Shown in pieces: positions 1-10,643 of a DNA stretch of 64,000 nt. Origin of the DNA: Vicinamibacteria bacterium (GTDB lineage: Bacteria > Acidobacteriota > Vicinamibacteria > Marinacidobacterales > Marinacidobacteraceae); the NCBI GenBank assembly GCA_964291235.2, contig OZ219816.1, positions 512,001-576,000 of the forward strand, in the 5' to 3' direction. A program made the translations under genes and the position numbers. The number at the start of each line of letters is the position of its first letter. Within the stretch, counting starts at the first letter, position 1. The notes beneath the pieces were generated by a model that saw nothing but the letters and a program-made list of their open reading frames with translations, made no database searches and had not been told where the DNA came from.

Positions 1-166
1 TGTGCCCGGCGATGGGATACGCGAGCCGCCGGCGCTCCCACGGCTTCAGGCTGACGACTTCGCCGCCCTGACCCTTGACGATCCCCTCCACCCGCTCGAC
101 CACCGCGAGGGAAGCCGCGTCATCGAGGGTTGGATCCAGGATGAACATGAACTCGTAGCCGTTCAC
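1..166 (-). CDS. rpsF: 30S ribosomal protein S6 (5' part, runs off the window edge)
   Basis: Manual translation from GTG at 166: MNGYEFMFILDPTLDD...VERVEGIVKGQGGEVV...WERRRLAYPI, the typical S6 N-terminus. Lies downstream of rplY-pth. Confidence 0.9.
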   Translation of the reverse strand, partial: MNGYEFMFILDPTLDDAASLAVVERVEGIVKGQGGEVVSLKPWERRRLAYPIAGH

Positions 167-293
167 AAGGGAGTCCGCCGGGGGCGGAGCCGTCGGTTGG
201 GGGCTCGACTGTACGCTCATTCGAGGCTGTCTCCAGCGTCACCTGTGACGCCATCCGCAAGGAAGGGTGCGGGGATTTGGGGACGGATCCGCA

Positions 294-896
294 TTACGCG
301 GCCGTCCGGTTGAACCGGTTCATGGCAGTCTCGATCCCATCACCGACTGCGGTTTCGATGGCCCGCGCCGCCCGCTCCAGCAGATCTTCCACCGAAGCGG
401 CCTCCTGGGGGGTGAAACGGGAGAGCACGAAATCAGCGGGGTCTTCTCCGGCCGGGGGCTTGCCAATACCGAGGCGCATCCTGGGGATCTCATTCGTTCC
501 AAGAGCGGCGAGGATGGACGCGAGTCCGTTGTGACCGCCATCGCTACCGCGCCGGCGGGTCCTGATCGCTCCCAGCGGGAGCGCATAGTCGTCACACACG
601 ATCAGGGTCGTCTCCGGCGACACGCCTTCGGTTTGCAGGAGGCGGCGCACCGGCCCCCCGCTCCGGTTCATGTACCCCATGGGTCGCAAGAGGGCGATGT
701 CCCGGCCGGCGATCTCCGTCTGGACGAGGAGCCCTCCGTCGAAGTGGCGAGGCTTCACCGATCGATCCTGAAGGAGCATGTCCACGGCGTCAAACCCGAT
801 GTTGTGCCGGGTTCCGGCGTAGCGGGCGCCCGGGTTTCCAAGTCCCACAACGAGCTGGACGGGAATCTGGGCGCGCGCCGAGGTCTCGTCCGGCAT
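294..896 (-). CDS. pth: Peptidyl-tRNA hydrolase
   Basis: LVVGLGNPG..YAGTRHNIGF, YMNRSG, GSDGGHNGLASI and RMRLGIG motifs. Start chosen at ATG 896; the ORF track extends to 983. Confidence 0.95.
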   Translation of the reverse strand: MPDETSARAQIPVQLVVGLGNPGARYAGTRHNIGFDAVDMLLQDRSVKPRHFDGGLLVQTEIAGRDIALLRPMGYMNRSGGPVRRLLQTEGVSPETTLIVCDDYALPLGAIRTRRRGSDGGHNGLASILAALGTNEIPRMRLGIGKPPAGEDPADFVLSRFTPQEAASVEDLLERAARAIETAVGDGIETAMNRFNRTAA

Positions 897-1007
897 GCCC
901 GAATCGACAGGAATACGCGAAGGGGAATCGCTCACCGGACAAGCGGGCCACGACGCCAACGGGGAACGGAGACTGGACAACACGCTCGATCAGAAAGGTT
1001 CCGCCGA

Positions 1008-1619
1008 TCACTCTTCCGGCTCTTCACTCTCGTCTTCTTGCTCCTCGTCCTCCTCGGTTCCCTTCGGTGGGGAGACGTGGACGACGACCACCTCCCGATC
1101 CGTCGAGAGGCCGATCCCTTCCGGCAACTCGATGTTGCCCGCCCGCACGGTGTCGCCGTAGTCGAGCTCGCTGATCTCAAGCGACAGGAACTCCGGAATG
1201 TCGTGCGGCCGGCAGGTGACGGTGATGAACCGGGTGATGAAGTCGAGATGTCCGCCGCGCTTGACACCCTGGGATTCGCCCTCGAGGTGCACGGGGACGT
1301 GCCAGTCGGACGCCTTGTCCAGATCCACCCGCATCAGGTCTGCGTGCAACACCGAGTGATCGAGCGGGTGCAGTTGATAGTCGTGGATCATCACCTGTTC
1401 CGCGCTCTCCTGGCCATCGATCTCCAGGGAAAAGATGGTGTTCACACCGCGCCGCGAACGAACGATTTCGGTGACCTGCCGCGGGGAAACCGCGAGCGCA
1501 CGGGCGCCTCCGGCACCCCCATAGACGACGGCCGGAATCATCCCGCTCGCCCGAAGGCGGCGATTCGGCCCCTTGCCGACGGCGGTGCGGGAACTCGCGG
1601 GAATCGAGAGTTGAGACAT
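1008..1619 (-). CDS. rplY: 50S ribosomal protein L25/general stress protein Ctc
   Basis: GKGPNRRLRASGMIPAVVYG, QLHPL...LHADLMRV, GVKRGG, acidic tail. Adjacent to pth. Confidence 0.95.
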   Translation of the reverse strand: MSQLSIPASSRTAVGKGPNRRLRASGMIPAVVYGGAGGARALAVSPRQVTEIVRSRRGVNTIFSLEIDGQESAEQVMIHDYQLHPLDHSVLHADLMRVDLDKASDWHVPVHLEGESQGVKRGGHLDFITRFITVTCRPHDIPEFLSLEISELDYGDTVRAGNIELPEGIGLSTDREVVVVHVSPPKGTEEDEEQEDESEEPEE

Positions 1620-1802
1620 GGCAGTGTGCGTGGTGGGTTCTGGTGGGACAGGAGTGGATGGCGATCCGGGAACGGGAGGAGAAGACGCAGGAAGCGCCGC
1701 CCTCCAAGACTCTTCTCAGTGGCCCCGGGTGAGTGCGCCTGAAAAATCCGGTGGATGCCGCCGCAGCGTCATCCGCTCCTTACCGGCAATACAGGGCGCG
1801 GA

Positions 1803-1811
1803 AGTCTAGCA
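1803..1811 (-). promoter_or_regulatory. Candidate extended -10 promoter (TG-C-TAGACT) for rplY-pth-rpsF
   Basis: The minus strand reads TGCTAGACT about 185 nt upstream of the rplY start. Motif match only. Confidence 0.35.
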
Positions 1812-1994
1812 GTCGCGGGATGACCTCGCGCGCGAGGAAATCGCAGGCGGCGTCTCCGGCTGGCATCGTGTTCGGCCCGATTCGCGCCCGAACCCGGTGC
1901 GCGTCGGCGGGCCAGACCTGACCATGCTCACGGCCCCGGCAATGTCCCACCTGAGTAAAAGACACTGGCAGCGAACTCCGTTCGCTGCCGGCGT

Positions 1995-2020
1995 GTCCGG
2001 GGGGAAAGTGTGAAAGGGGG
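1995..2020 (-). repeat. Terminal fragment of the ~230-bp structured repeat, containing the attL core TGAAAGGGGG (2011-2020)
   Basis: GTCCGGGGGGAAAGTGTGAAAGGGGG matches the reverse complement of the repeat end at ~62414-62440 (G-run one base shorter). The rest of this copy is at 57963-58169. Confidence 0.8.
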
Positions 2021-2186
2021 TCCGCCACTGTAGCACCCGTAAACCATTGACTTCTCTGTGTTTACGGGAAACGATCCACTGCTCTGGCCCCCGGCACGGC
2101 CCCCCGCGCGGATGGCGTCTTGCGGGCAGTCTTAAGCCTGTGCGGGAACACCGGCGCACTCAACGAGCGTGTCGGCAGGGCCAAGC
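2021..2186 (+). promoter_or_regulatory. attL arm: inverted repeat CCCGTAAAC/GTTTACGGG, IHF-like site, and GGCCCCC direct repeats 12 bp apart
   Basis: TAAACCATTGAC at 2040-2051 resembles the IHF consensus YAANNNNTTGATW. GGCCCCC at 2086 and 2098. Homologous arm at 49763-49935. Confidence 0.6.
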
Positions 2187-2199
2187 TCTCTGCATCCGC

Positions 2200-2630
2200 G
2201 CCCAGCGACCGCGACCGAGAGCTGGCGAGTGCATCCGTGCGGGCGGCGTATCCTCGGTAGGTGTCTGGTCCCCACGATCTCCACGTCCATCAACTCTTGC
2301 CCCTTCTGTTGAGAGAGCACTTCGTCCTGAGCCATCTTTTCAGCTACGGCGGCCCGAAGAATCGTGTTGTCTCGGTACGCACTCCGCTTTCCAGTGATCT
2401 CGCCACGCTCGATCATTTCGCGCCGGATACTCTCGATACTGAGGTCTTTGTCATCGTCGAAGGCATCCCTCGTCAACCAGAGGTAGAGCGGCCCAAGAAC
2501 GCGGGAGTAGAGGAACATGGACCCGAACACGATAAGTTCCGCAATCTCTATCGGAACGTTCGTGGTGGCGAACAAGGCGCCTCCAGCCCATAATGCCGCC
2601 GCCCGGATCACGCGTCCGAGTCCACCGTCA
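2200..2630 (-). pseudogene. Hypothetical membrane-protein fragment
   Basis: Hydrophobic stretch (AAALWAGGALF...ELIVFGSMFLYSRVLGPLYLWL) followed by a charged helix within ORF 2132..2851. No clear start. Confidence 0.3.
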
Positions 2631-2771
2631 CGGTGACGATATCCACGTTGTGATACTTCTGGTGTCGGACCGTGCGGGCGTAGTGTTGCAGGAGACGAAG
2701 CGAAACGTCCTCGTCTCCTGGAATTCCTGCCGGGCCGACCAGGAGCGCCAGCCGATCCGACGCTGACCCGG

Positions 2772-2935
2772 ATGCTGCACCTGGCGGTGGTTGTGGACGC
2801 CTGCAGCCGGCGGGTGGTGGGTTGGGCGATGGCGCTGCATGCGCGGGCCACGCTGGTTCTGGAGGCCTTGGAGATGGCGCTCGAGCAACGGGGGCCCCAG
2901 GACGTGATCCACCACTCCGATCAGGGGTGTCAAGC
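2772..2935 (+). pseudogene. IS3-family transposase (rve) fragment
   Basis: LAVVVDACSRRVVGWAM...LEALEMAL...VIHHSDQGCQ. Confidence 0.85.
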
Positions 2936-3013
2936 CAGGTTCAAGTGTTCGTCGCAACGCTACTCTCGGGGTAACCGAATGTAGGAGTCAAGGGCTTCGG
3001 CAGGCGTCTTCCA
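2936..3013 (-). pseudogene. IS30-like transposase C-terminal remnant and end
   Basis: The minus strand reads WKTPAEALD..., then GTTGCGACGAACACTTGAACC, resembling IS30-family right ends. Confidence 0.5.
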
Positions 3014-3105
3014 ACTTCGAACAACAACTGCGAGAGCTGGAATGAACCGGCACTCCCACTGGTCCGATCAACTGGGGCAAGCTCAGAGGCCGGCGCTCTT
3101 GGAGT

Positions 3106-3950
3106 TGCCTTGGAGTCGCCTCAGTAAAACGGACACCTCACATTGCCTCAGAGGAGGTCCGCGATGGCAAACATAGGCCGCCAGTATCCGGCGGAGTATC
3201 GATGACGTCTGGTAGAGCTGGTCCGAGCGGGTCGGAGCCCGGAGGATCTGGCGCGCGAGTATGAGGCGAGCACGCGAGCGATTCGGCGTTGGGTTGCGGC
3301 GGCGGACCAGAAGGAGGGCCGCCGGGAGGACGGCTGGACGCGCGAGGAGCGGGTGGGGTTGCGGCGGCTGCATCAGGAGAACCGGCAGTTGAAGCGGGAG
3401 GTATTGTTCCTAAGAAAGCGGCGGCCTGGTTCGCTCGGGAGACCGAGTCGGGAGATATCGACTGATACGAGCGAGCCAGGCCGAGGTGGGAGTGAGCGCG
3501 ATGGCGCGCTTGCTGGGGGTATCGCGGAGCGGGTATTACGCGTGGCGCGATCGGGAGCCGAGCCGCCATGCGCAGGCGGACGAGCGGCTGAAGTCGGCCA
3601 TCAGGGCGGCGCACGCGGCGAGCCGTGGGACGTATGGCGCGCCGCAGATCCGGGCGGAGTTGGCGTCGGAGGGGCTTTGGGTGAGCCGGCGTCGGGTGGC
3701 GCGGCTGATGCGGGAGACGGGGATCTGCGGGGTGAGTCGCCGGCGCCGGGTGCGGACCACGATCCAGGACGTCGCGAGGTGTCCGGCGCCGGACCTGGTG
3801 AACCGGAACCTCGAGGCCGAGGCTCCGGATCAGTTGTGGGTGGCGGATATCACCTGCGTTCCGACGGCGACCCAGTGGTGGTATCTGGCGGTGGTGCTGG
3901 ACGCGTGCAGTCGGCGGGTAGTGGCCTGGGCGATGGCGCTGCACCTACGA
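3106..3950 (+). mobile_element. Degenerate IS3-family element (broken orfA, truncated orfB)
   Basis: Left-end-like TGGAGTCGCCTCAGTAAAACGGACA. orfA remnant ...LRRLHQENRQLKREVLFLRK. orfB ARLLGVSRSGYYAW..SRGTYGAPQI..PDLVNRN..PDQLWVADIT..WYLAVVLDACSRRVVAW, truncated. Confidence 0.85.
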
Positions 3951-3958
3951 ATGGACGC

Positions 3959-4430
3959 TCACCCACCAGCCATGCGCATCGGCCGGTGACGGCGTTGCTT
4001 CTTCTTGGTCGCAGCGGTCAGTGGCACACGAATCCGCTCGTAGAGCGCAAAGAGGCGCTCGACCCGCTCCCGTTCTGAGGAGAACTTGCGCGGTCTGTAG
4101 AGGCGGTCTACGGCACGGTCGAGCGCATGGTGGGCGCGGTGCCAATTCGGCGGCATAAGGTCCGGGTCATAAAGGTCAATGAGGGTGGCGTCTGGGTGGG
4201 CAACGCGGGCACCGAGTACGGCCTGGGCGAGGGGCTCCAGAACTGACAGGTCTATGGCGCGGCCGGGTGGCGGGAATGTGCTGTAGACAAGCCCGCTCGA
4301 ATACCGGTAGCGACTCTCCAATCGGCCTCCGACCGCCCGCATCCACGCCATGTGTATCGCGGAGGTAAGGAGAGCGAAACAGGCCGAGCGTGCCGTCCTC
4401 GACGACCAACAGCTTGTTGCTGGGAATCAG
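3959..4430 (-). pseudogene. MmeI-like (type IIL) restriction-modification enzyme, C-terminal fragment
   Basis: AWMRAVGGRLESRYRYS..LVYSTFP..AQAVLGARVAHPDATLIDLYDPDLMP..AHHALDRAVDRLY..ERVERLFALYE is the characteristic MmeI/YeeA C-terminus. The methyltransferase part is absent. Confidence 0.85.
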
Positions 4431-4587
4431 GCCGAACGCTTACAACGGTTGGTAACCGTTCGCGTCTGCCAGTGCCGCATTGGCTAGGAAACCGCACACC
4501 AGACGCGCCAGCGCACCGCGAATGGGGTGGCGCTCCCTCCGTGGGATAATCCGCAGTAGAATTCACTGCTCCAGCGAGAGGAGAACC

Positions 4588-5295
4588 GTGGCCGACTATG
4601 TCATCCGACTGACTGGAATCAGCAAGATGTTCTACACGGATGAGGTCGAAACCCACGCCCTAGCAGACGTGAACCTAAGCCTCGGTGTCGGGGATTACGT
4701 GGCGATCGCGGGGCCCTCCGGGTGCGGGAAATCCACCCTGCTTTCGATTCTCGGCCTGCTGGATTCGCCCAACGCGGGGGAGTAACTCCTGAACGGCCGC
4801 TCGGTGGCGAACCTGGACCTGACGGAGCGAGCCCGGATCCGTAACCGCGAAGTCGGATTCATCTTCCAGGCTTTCAACCTCATCGGTGATCTGACCGTGT
4901 ACGAGAATGTCGAGTTGCCGCTGGTCTACCGAGGGATGCCCGGGGCCGAGAGGAAACGGCGGACGGACGAAGCACTGGAGCGCGTCGGAATGTCATATCG
5001 CCGCAAGCATTTCCCTTCACAGCTCTCCGGAGGGCAGCAACAGCGGGTGGCGGTGGCCCGGGCGGTGGTCGGGGAGCCTTCCATCGTGCTCGCTGACGAA
5101 CCCACGGGCAACCTCGACTCTACGAACGGCACCGAGGTGATGGACATGCTGAACTCGCTGCATCAGGGAGGGGCGACCATCTGTATGGTCACGCACGACC
5201 CGCGTTACGCCGGCCGCGCGGAACGGACCGTCCACCTGTTCGACGGGCATGTCGTCGAGGCGGCGGAAAACGAAGAGACGGTGGCGGCCACCTAA
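4588..5295 (+). pseudogene. MacB/LolD-type ABC transporter ATP-binding protein with an in-frame TAA at 4783-4785
   Basis: Walker [37 protein letters not shown]. The two ORF-track pieces share one frame, separated by TAA where Tyr is expected (GE*LLNG). Confidence 0.9.
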
Positions 5296-5657
5296 CCACC
5301 GTCGGCGATGTATGGAAGTTCGCAATCTCCGCATCAGGCAAGCACCTCCCCGTCGTCGGACCGGGGTGGTGGACACCGTCCTCGCCGACGGTATTACTTT
5401 GGGCGGTTCAACAACCCACGTTCGCCCTACGGTCGAGGCCGATCGGTCCCGGCTCTGTGATCCGCGCCGATCTGACCGCGTCTGCGGGAACGTTGTGGCC
5501 GGGGTGGCGTTAGGCCGCGCGGAGGACACAGGCGGATGAGCAAGGACGGGAAGCCTGCCGACGGCTCGCCGCTCATCGAGCGGAGGTGGAAGAGGATGGT
5601 GAGTGAAGCGGTACACGGTGCGGGTGACCGTAGGAGATCCCCCGAGGCCCGGGACCG

Positions 5658-6428
5658 ATGTCGTTCATGACGCGCCGGCGCGCCATCTTCCTGGCCGTCC
5701 TGACGGTGCTGGTTGTCGTTGTCGCGTTCGCCGTGAACCGGTTCGGGCGCATCGCGCCGGTCGAGGTCGAGGTGAACGTGTCCGATGAGCCGGCGCCGAA
5801 ACCGAAAGCGGGTCCCGTGTCGGTTTCAGTGATGCGCGTTCCATTGGAAAACAGCCCCGACGAGGATGCGGAACCGGCGGACGAGACTCCAGCGGGCCGA
5901 CTGGTTGCGGCGGCTCGGGCCGGTGACGCCGCGAGGGTCGGGGAGCTTCTGGGCGAGGGGGCGCCTGCCGACGCGCGGAGCGGCGGGTTCCCCGCCATCC
6001 ACCGGGCGGCCGAGGCCAATTCGGTGGCGCTGCTGGAGATGCTTGTCGCTGCGGGCGCCGACCTGGAGGCGGCAGACCGTTCAGGTCACACGGCGCTCGC
6101 GCGCGCGGCCCTGTTTGGCCGTGCTGCCGCGGTCGCCTTCCTGTTGGAGTCGGGGGCGGACCCCAACGCCCATACGGAGCCAAACAATCAGACGCCGCTC
6201 CTCGCCCTCCTCTTTGGATGGTCGCTCGGCCAGTCTCCAAATCCGGCCGGGATCGAGGCGAATGAGGAAGAACGGCTGTCCGCGGCCCGCGCGCTCATGG
6301 CCGCGGGCGCGGACCCTCAGCTTGCTCCCGAACTGCTATCGCCAGCGATGATGGCGGAGAGCATCGGAGGCGAGATCCGCTCCTTGCTCCTGGGCGGCGC
6401 AACCGATCCGCCGCCGCACCCGCGCTGA
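5658..6428 (+). CDS. Membrane-anchored/secreted ankyrin-repeat protein
   Basis: N-terminal TM helix. Repeats GFPAIHRAAEANSVALLEMLVAAGADLEAAD, GHTALARAALFGRAAAVAFLLESGADPNA, QTPLLAL. Confidence 0.85.
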   Translation: MSFMTRRRAIFLAVLTVLVVVVAFAVNRFGRIAPVEVEVNVSDEPAPKPKAGPVSVSVMRVPLENSPDEDAEPADETPAGRLVAAARAGDAARVGELLGEGAPADARSGGFPAIHRAAEANSVALLEMLVAAGADLEAADRSGHTALARAALFGRAAAVAFLLESGADPNAHTEPNNQTPLLALLFGWSLGQSPNPAGIEANEEERLSAARALMAAGADPQLAPELLSPAMMAESIGGEIRSLLLGGATDPPPHPR

Positions 6429-6435
6429 GGCGCCC

Positions 6436-8865
6436 GTGCGCACAAGAGTCGCATTCATCAGCGCTTGGCGTTCGCTGACAGGTGCGCCAGGGAACACCGC
6501 GGCGGCGGTGCTGGCGCTCGCGGTCGCGGTCGGGGCCTTCCACACGGTCGGCGCCGTTTGGGAATCAGCGGTGGACCGCGCCCTCCCATATGACGATCCG
6601 GAAGAACTGATTGCCCTTCGTGCGGCCGGGGGGGAGCAGATGTTCAGCCGCTTCCTCTCCGACCGGGAGGCGGCCTTGCTACGGGAGCGCGCCGAGTCGT
6701 TCGTCTGGGTGGGGCATCTCTGGGGCGCGTCCATGATGCTTGGCGACCCCCCGATGCGATCGGTGACCGTGGAGGCCTTGGAACCGGGTTTCCTCGAGAT
6801 GCTCGGGGTGGCGCCAGCCCGTGGACGGCCTCTCCGACCCGAAGACCACGAAGGGGAAGCGAGAGCCACGCCGGGTCGGCCCTCGCTGCTGAGCCTGGAC
6901 CGGGGCCAGGCAGTCGTTTTGGTGAGCCACGGTTTCTGGAGGACCGCGCTCGGCGGGACGGCGGACGTGGTCGGAACGGAGATCGTGCTGGATCGCGAAC
7001 CGATGCGCGTCATCGGAGTTCTGCCGGAGGCATTCTTCACGCCCACCCTGGCCACCGAGATCTGGGTGCCGGCGCGTCGCCGGCAGGTCGCTACCGGCCC
7101 CGGCGGCAGCTCGCGTACCTCCCACGCCTACGGCCGCCTCCGGCCGGGGGTGACCCCGGCGGCAGCCACGGCTGAAGCCACCGCTCTGCTCACCGACGCG
7201 GGCTTCCGGCGCGAAGAAGAGCGCATCGAGGCAGTCCCGCTGGCGCGATCCCTCACGGCGTCGGTACGCCCGACGCTTGAGATCCTGCGTGCGGGAGCGC
7301 TGCTGTTGGTGCTGGCAGCCGCGATCAGCGTTTCGGGCCTGCGCCTCGCCCGATCCATCGCCGGTCGACGGGCGGCGGGCATCCGGCGGGCACTTGGGGG
7401 TTCCTTTCGTGACGAGTTCCTGGCCGCGCTCTTCCGCGTGACACTGTTGGCGGCGGCGGTGACCGCCGGAAGCGCGCTGCTCGCTGCCTGGGTCGTGCCG
7501 CTCCTCCGCCGGTACGGGGCGGACCTCCCGTTTGCGGCGGATTGGACCACCGGTCCAAGCGTGGCCGGGCAGGCCTTTCTTGTTGCGTTGCTGGCGTGCG
7601 CGGCGGCGGAGGCCGCGCCGCTCCTGAACACGCTCCGGGTTCGTCAACAGGTGGCGGGAATGGCGCGTTTCAGCGGCGCCCACCGGATGCGCGCCGTGTC
7701 TCCGACCCTTGCACTCGGGGTCGCGGCAGCTACCGCGATCCTGATCGCCACCGCGGTAATGGGTGGAAGCGCGGGGCGGCTGTTTGCCGGCCGTGGCGGC
7801 TATTCGGATGCGGGGCTCGCGCAGCTCACCATGGACTTCGGAGGCCGGGCCGCGGGCGCATCGCTTCCCCACAGCGAGAAGGTGGTGGTGCTGAATCGGC
7901 TGGTTGAACGCATCGAAGCCATCCCGGAAGTTGAGTCGGCGGCCTACGCGGACGCCCTGCCGGACGAGATGGGTGGTTCGTTCATGTTCACGAGCGCAGG
8001 CCCCGGCAGCCCCCGTGATCCAGACTCGGGACGTGCGACGCGGTCCGTCAGTCCTCGTCTCCTTTCCGTACTTGGCATCCCGCTCATTAGTGGTCGTGGA
8101 ATCACGGAGCAGGACACTCCCGAGTCCGAGCGGGTGGCGGTGGTTGACCGGTCGTACGCTCGCGCTGCCGGGCTTTCGGACCCGGTCGGCAAGATAGTTC
8201 AAATGGGCCCCTCGGAACAACGCGTGGTCGGGTTGGTTCCTGACCTCAGAGTCTTTCCGGACCGGTCGACGTTCCCCAGTGCGTACGTCCCGTTCGCGAT
8301 TCCTCCGGCCTTCCTCGGCAATCCCAAGGTAGAGATGGTTGCCCGGTTTCGAGATGGGCCAACACCCGAGCAGGTAGCGGCGCTCGGCCGTCTGCCGTCC
8401 GAGGTGGACGCTTCGATGCGTGTGACTGCTGCCGCTTCGGTTCGGGAACGTCGCATCCGGCTGCTGGGTGCGCCGCTGCTGGCCGGAGTGGCGCTCGGCA
8501 TTTTCGCCGTCGCCGGCCTGCTGCTCGCGGTCGTCGGCGGGATCGGCCACATCGCGGACTTCGTGGTTCGGGAATCCCATGCGACTGCGGTGCGAACCGC
8601 GCTGGGTGCCGATCCAGATCTGCTGGTGTGGGGCGCGTTCCGTTCGACGGCACTCGCCGCGGTGGTCGGTGTCGCGTTCGGGACCCTGTCCGGTTGGATG
8701 CTCTCGCGAGCCGTGGCGGCGCGGGTGCCGTGGATCGAGACCGGCGATCCGCTCTTCTACCTGGGGCCGGCGGCCCTTCTGTTGTTGCTGATGCTGGCCG
8801 CTTCGGCGATCGCTGGCCTCAGGACCCTGCGCGGCGATCCTTGGGCCGCACTCCGATCTTTGTAG
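6436..8865 (+). CDS. ADOP-type duplicated MacB/FtsX ABC permease
   Basis: 809 aa with two MacB_PCD+FtsX halves (LPYDDPEEL, VLVSHGFW, YGRLRPGVT, GIRRALG, GIPLISGR, AVRTALGA). Confidence 0.85.
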   Translation: MRTRVAFISAWRSLTGAPGNTAAAVLALAVAVGAFHTVGAVWESAVDRALPYDDPEELIALRAAGGEQMFSRFLSDREAALLRERAESFVWVGHLWGASMMLGDPPMRSVTVEALEPGFLEMLGVAPARGRPLRPEDHEGEARATPGRPSLLSLDRGQAVVLVSHGFWRTALGGTADVVGTEIVLDREPMRVIGVLPEAFFTPTLATEIWVPARRRQVATGPGGSSRTSHAYGRLRPGVTPAAATAEATALLTDAGFRREEERIEAVPLARSLTASVRPTLEILRAGALLLVLAAAISVSGLRLARSIAGRRAAGIRRALGGSFRDEFLAALFRVTLLAAAVTAGSALLAAWVVPLLRRYGADLPFAADWTTGPSVAGQAFLVALLACAAAEAAPLLNTLRVRQQVAGMARFSGAHRMRAVSPTLALGVAAATAILIATAVMGGSAGRLFAGRGGYSDAGLAQLTMDFGGRAAGASLPHSEKVVVLNRLVERIEAIPEVESAAYADALPDEMGGSFMFTSAGPGSPRDPDSGRATRSVSPRLLSVLGIPLISGRGITEQDTPESERVAVVDRSYARAAGLSDPVGKIVQMGPSEQRVVGLVPDLRVFPDRSTFPSAYVPFAIPPAFLGNPKVEMVARFRDGPTPEQVAALGRLPSEVDASMRVTAAASVRERRIRLLGAPLLAGVALGIFAVAGLLLAVVGGIGHIADFVVRESHATAVRTALGADPDLLVWGAFRSTALAAVVGVAFGTLSGWMLSRAVAARVPWIETGDPLFYLGPAALLLLLMLAASAIAGLRTLRGDPWAALRSL

Positions 8866-9069
8866 GCTGCCCGAGGGAGAGCGAGCCGAACTACGGCACC
8901 ACCGGCGCACCGTCTACCGGCGCTGGATCTTCCGCTTGGTCTTCGGCCTAACGCCGACCGCCGTAAGCGTTCGGTCGTGGGTGTATGTGGCGGTTCCTCC
9001 CTGCTTCGCACCGCTGCGGCGCATCCCAAGAGCGAGGGCGACACCGTCGAATTTGTGAGATGACGGGAC

Positions 9070-10305
9070 TCACTCGAAGTCGTTTTCGGTGGCGGACCAT
9101 CGCCAAACGGCGACGAGCCAAGCGAGGGTGAGGAACGCAAGTAACGCCGACGAGAGTACGATGGTCGGGGGGTGCAGGAGCCCAAGGGCAACACACCCGG
9201 CCGCCAAGACGACCATGGACATGGCCGTGGGAAGGTAGATCGTTCGGCGACGCCGCCAATCGGCAAGGGTTCTTACCATGGCTGCGATGGTCAAGAAGGC
9301 TACGGCAACCGAACCACCGAGCATCCACACGGCGACTTCGGGAGTTCTTCCGTCATGCGCATGCTCGATGACTGCGACCATGGTGGCACCGGCGGCGGTG
9401 ATCGCCATCGTCAACGGGAGGTGCAGCATCATCCAAACAGGCAGTCCATTCGGGCCAGCCAGGGGCAACCGACGCCCCACGAGGTCGAAGTAGATCCACC
9501 ACAGTCCGAATCCGATCCCCAAGGTCAGCATACCCGTGGCAACGGTCGCGAGGGTGCGCTCCGAGTTCGAGATGCCGTCCACGACGCCGACGACGACCTC
9601 GCCCAACACGATGATGGTGAAGAGGCCGAATCTCTCCACGAAGGAATCGGCGACTAAGGCGTCCTCGGACGAGGCGGCAGTCGCGCGTGAGACCACGAAG
9701 ACGCTGCACAGCCAGCCCAACACTACGGCTGTCCAAAGCCAGAACTGCACCGATGATGGAGCGAAGCTCGACGAGAGCATGGTGATCCCGGTGAGGAGAA
9801 CGACTACCACGTAGGCGAGGGACATGCGCCGGTTCTTCTCGTCTGTTCGCAGATGCACGCGGTACCAAAGCCATGCGAGGAGCGCGAAGAGCATCCCGTA
9901 GACAATCGAGAATTCATCGCGCCCGTGTTCCCCGTCGGCGGCGTACACGGCCATGAGGGCAATCAGCAGCATCTGGGCAAACGTGAATGTCCGGGTCCGT
10001 ATGTCATCCCGACCGTGAAGGTCGTGATGGGCTGTGCCGTTCACCCAAGCGATCCAGACGAGACTGAAAACCACGATGAACTCCCCGACGGCCTCCCAAC
10101 GCAGGTCGTCTGCCAGGTTGTGGGCCGCAGCGGCGATCAGCACGACATAGACGAGGTCGTAGAAGAGTTCGAGGAAGCTGACGCTCCGGTTCTCGACCGT
10201 CTCGCCATGTGTTCGTGGCGGCTGCCATAGTCGCTTCACGGCCCTGGTCAGTGACATCCTCTTCATCGCAGGTTCTCCAAGATCAATGGCGGATCGTTCG
10301 CTCAA
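9070..10305 (-). CDS. ltrA: Low temperature requirement protein A family membrane protein
   Basis: SFLELFYDLVYV and FVERFGLFTIIVLGE motifs, multiple TM segments. Confidence 0.9.
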   Translation of the reverse strand: MSERSAIDLGEPAMKRMSLTRAVKRLWQPPRTHGETVENRSVSFLELFYDLVYVVLIAAAAHNLADDLRWEAVGEFIVVFSLVWIAWVNGTAHHDLHGRDDIRTRTFTFAQMLLIALMAVYAADGEHGRDEFSIVYGMLFALLAWLWYRVHLRTDEKNRRMSLAYVVVVLLTGITMLSSSFAPSSVQFWLWTAVVLGWLCSVFVVSRATAASSEDALVADSFVERFGLFTIIVLGEVVVGVVDGISNSERTLATVATGMLTLGIGFGLWWIYFDLVGRRLPLAGPNGLPVWMMLHLPLTMAITAAGATMVAVIEHAHDGRTPEVAVWMLGGSVAVAFLTIAAMVRTLADWRRRRTIYLPTAMSMVVLAAGCVALGLLHPPTIVLSSALLAFLTLAWLVAVWRWSATENDFE

Positions 10306-10643
10306 GGCACTGGAAGATGGCCGCTAAAGCGCCCACCGCACAACATACAGGTGGCTCTCCCGACGCGGCGACGAACGCGATGCCGTAGATGGCGACGGCA
10401 GTTCTCCCGCCGCTCTATCGGCCGGTGGGCGGCGCGGGCAGTCCGCCGACCAATCCTCCTGATCCTCCTCGCGCAGCGCATGATCCGGGTCGATCCACCG
10501 CGGTTGGATCGGTCCAGCGAGGACGACACTCTTGTCGCGGGTTGATGCCTCGTGTCCGTTTGATCGCGCCGCCCATGCGGCGGTACCGTTCAGCGGTTGT
10601 GAGGGAAGGTGGACCGTTGAGTTGAATGGGAGGCCGCAGCCGC

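Noticed and set aside
1620-1800. Riboswitch or L25 leader RNA upstream of rplY
   Set aside because: Some pairing potential (GGATG...CATCC) is present, but I could not match a known motif without a covariance search.
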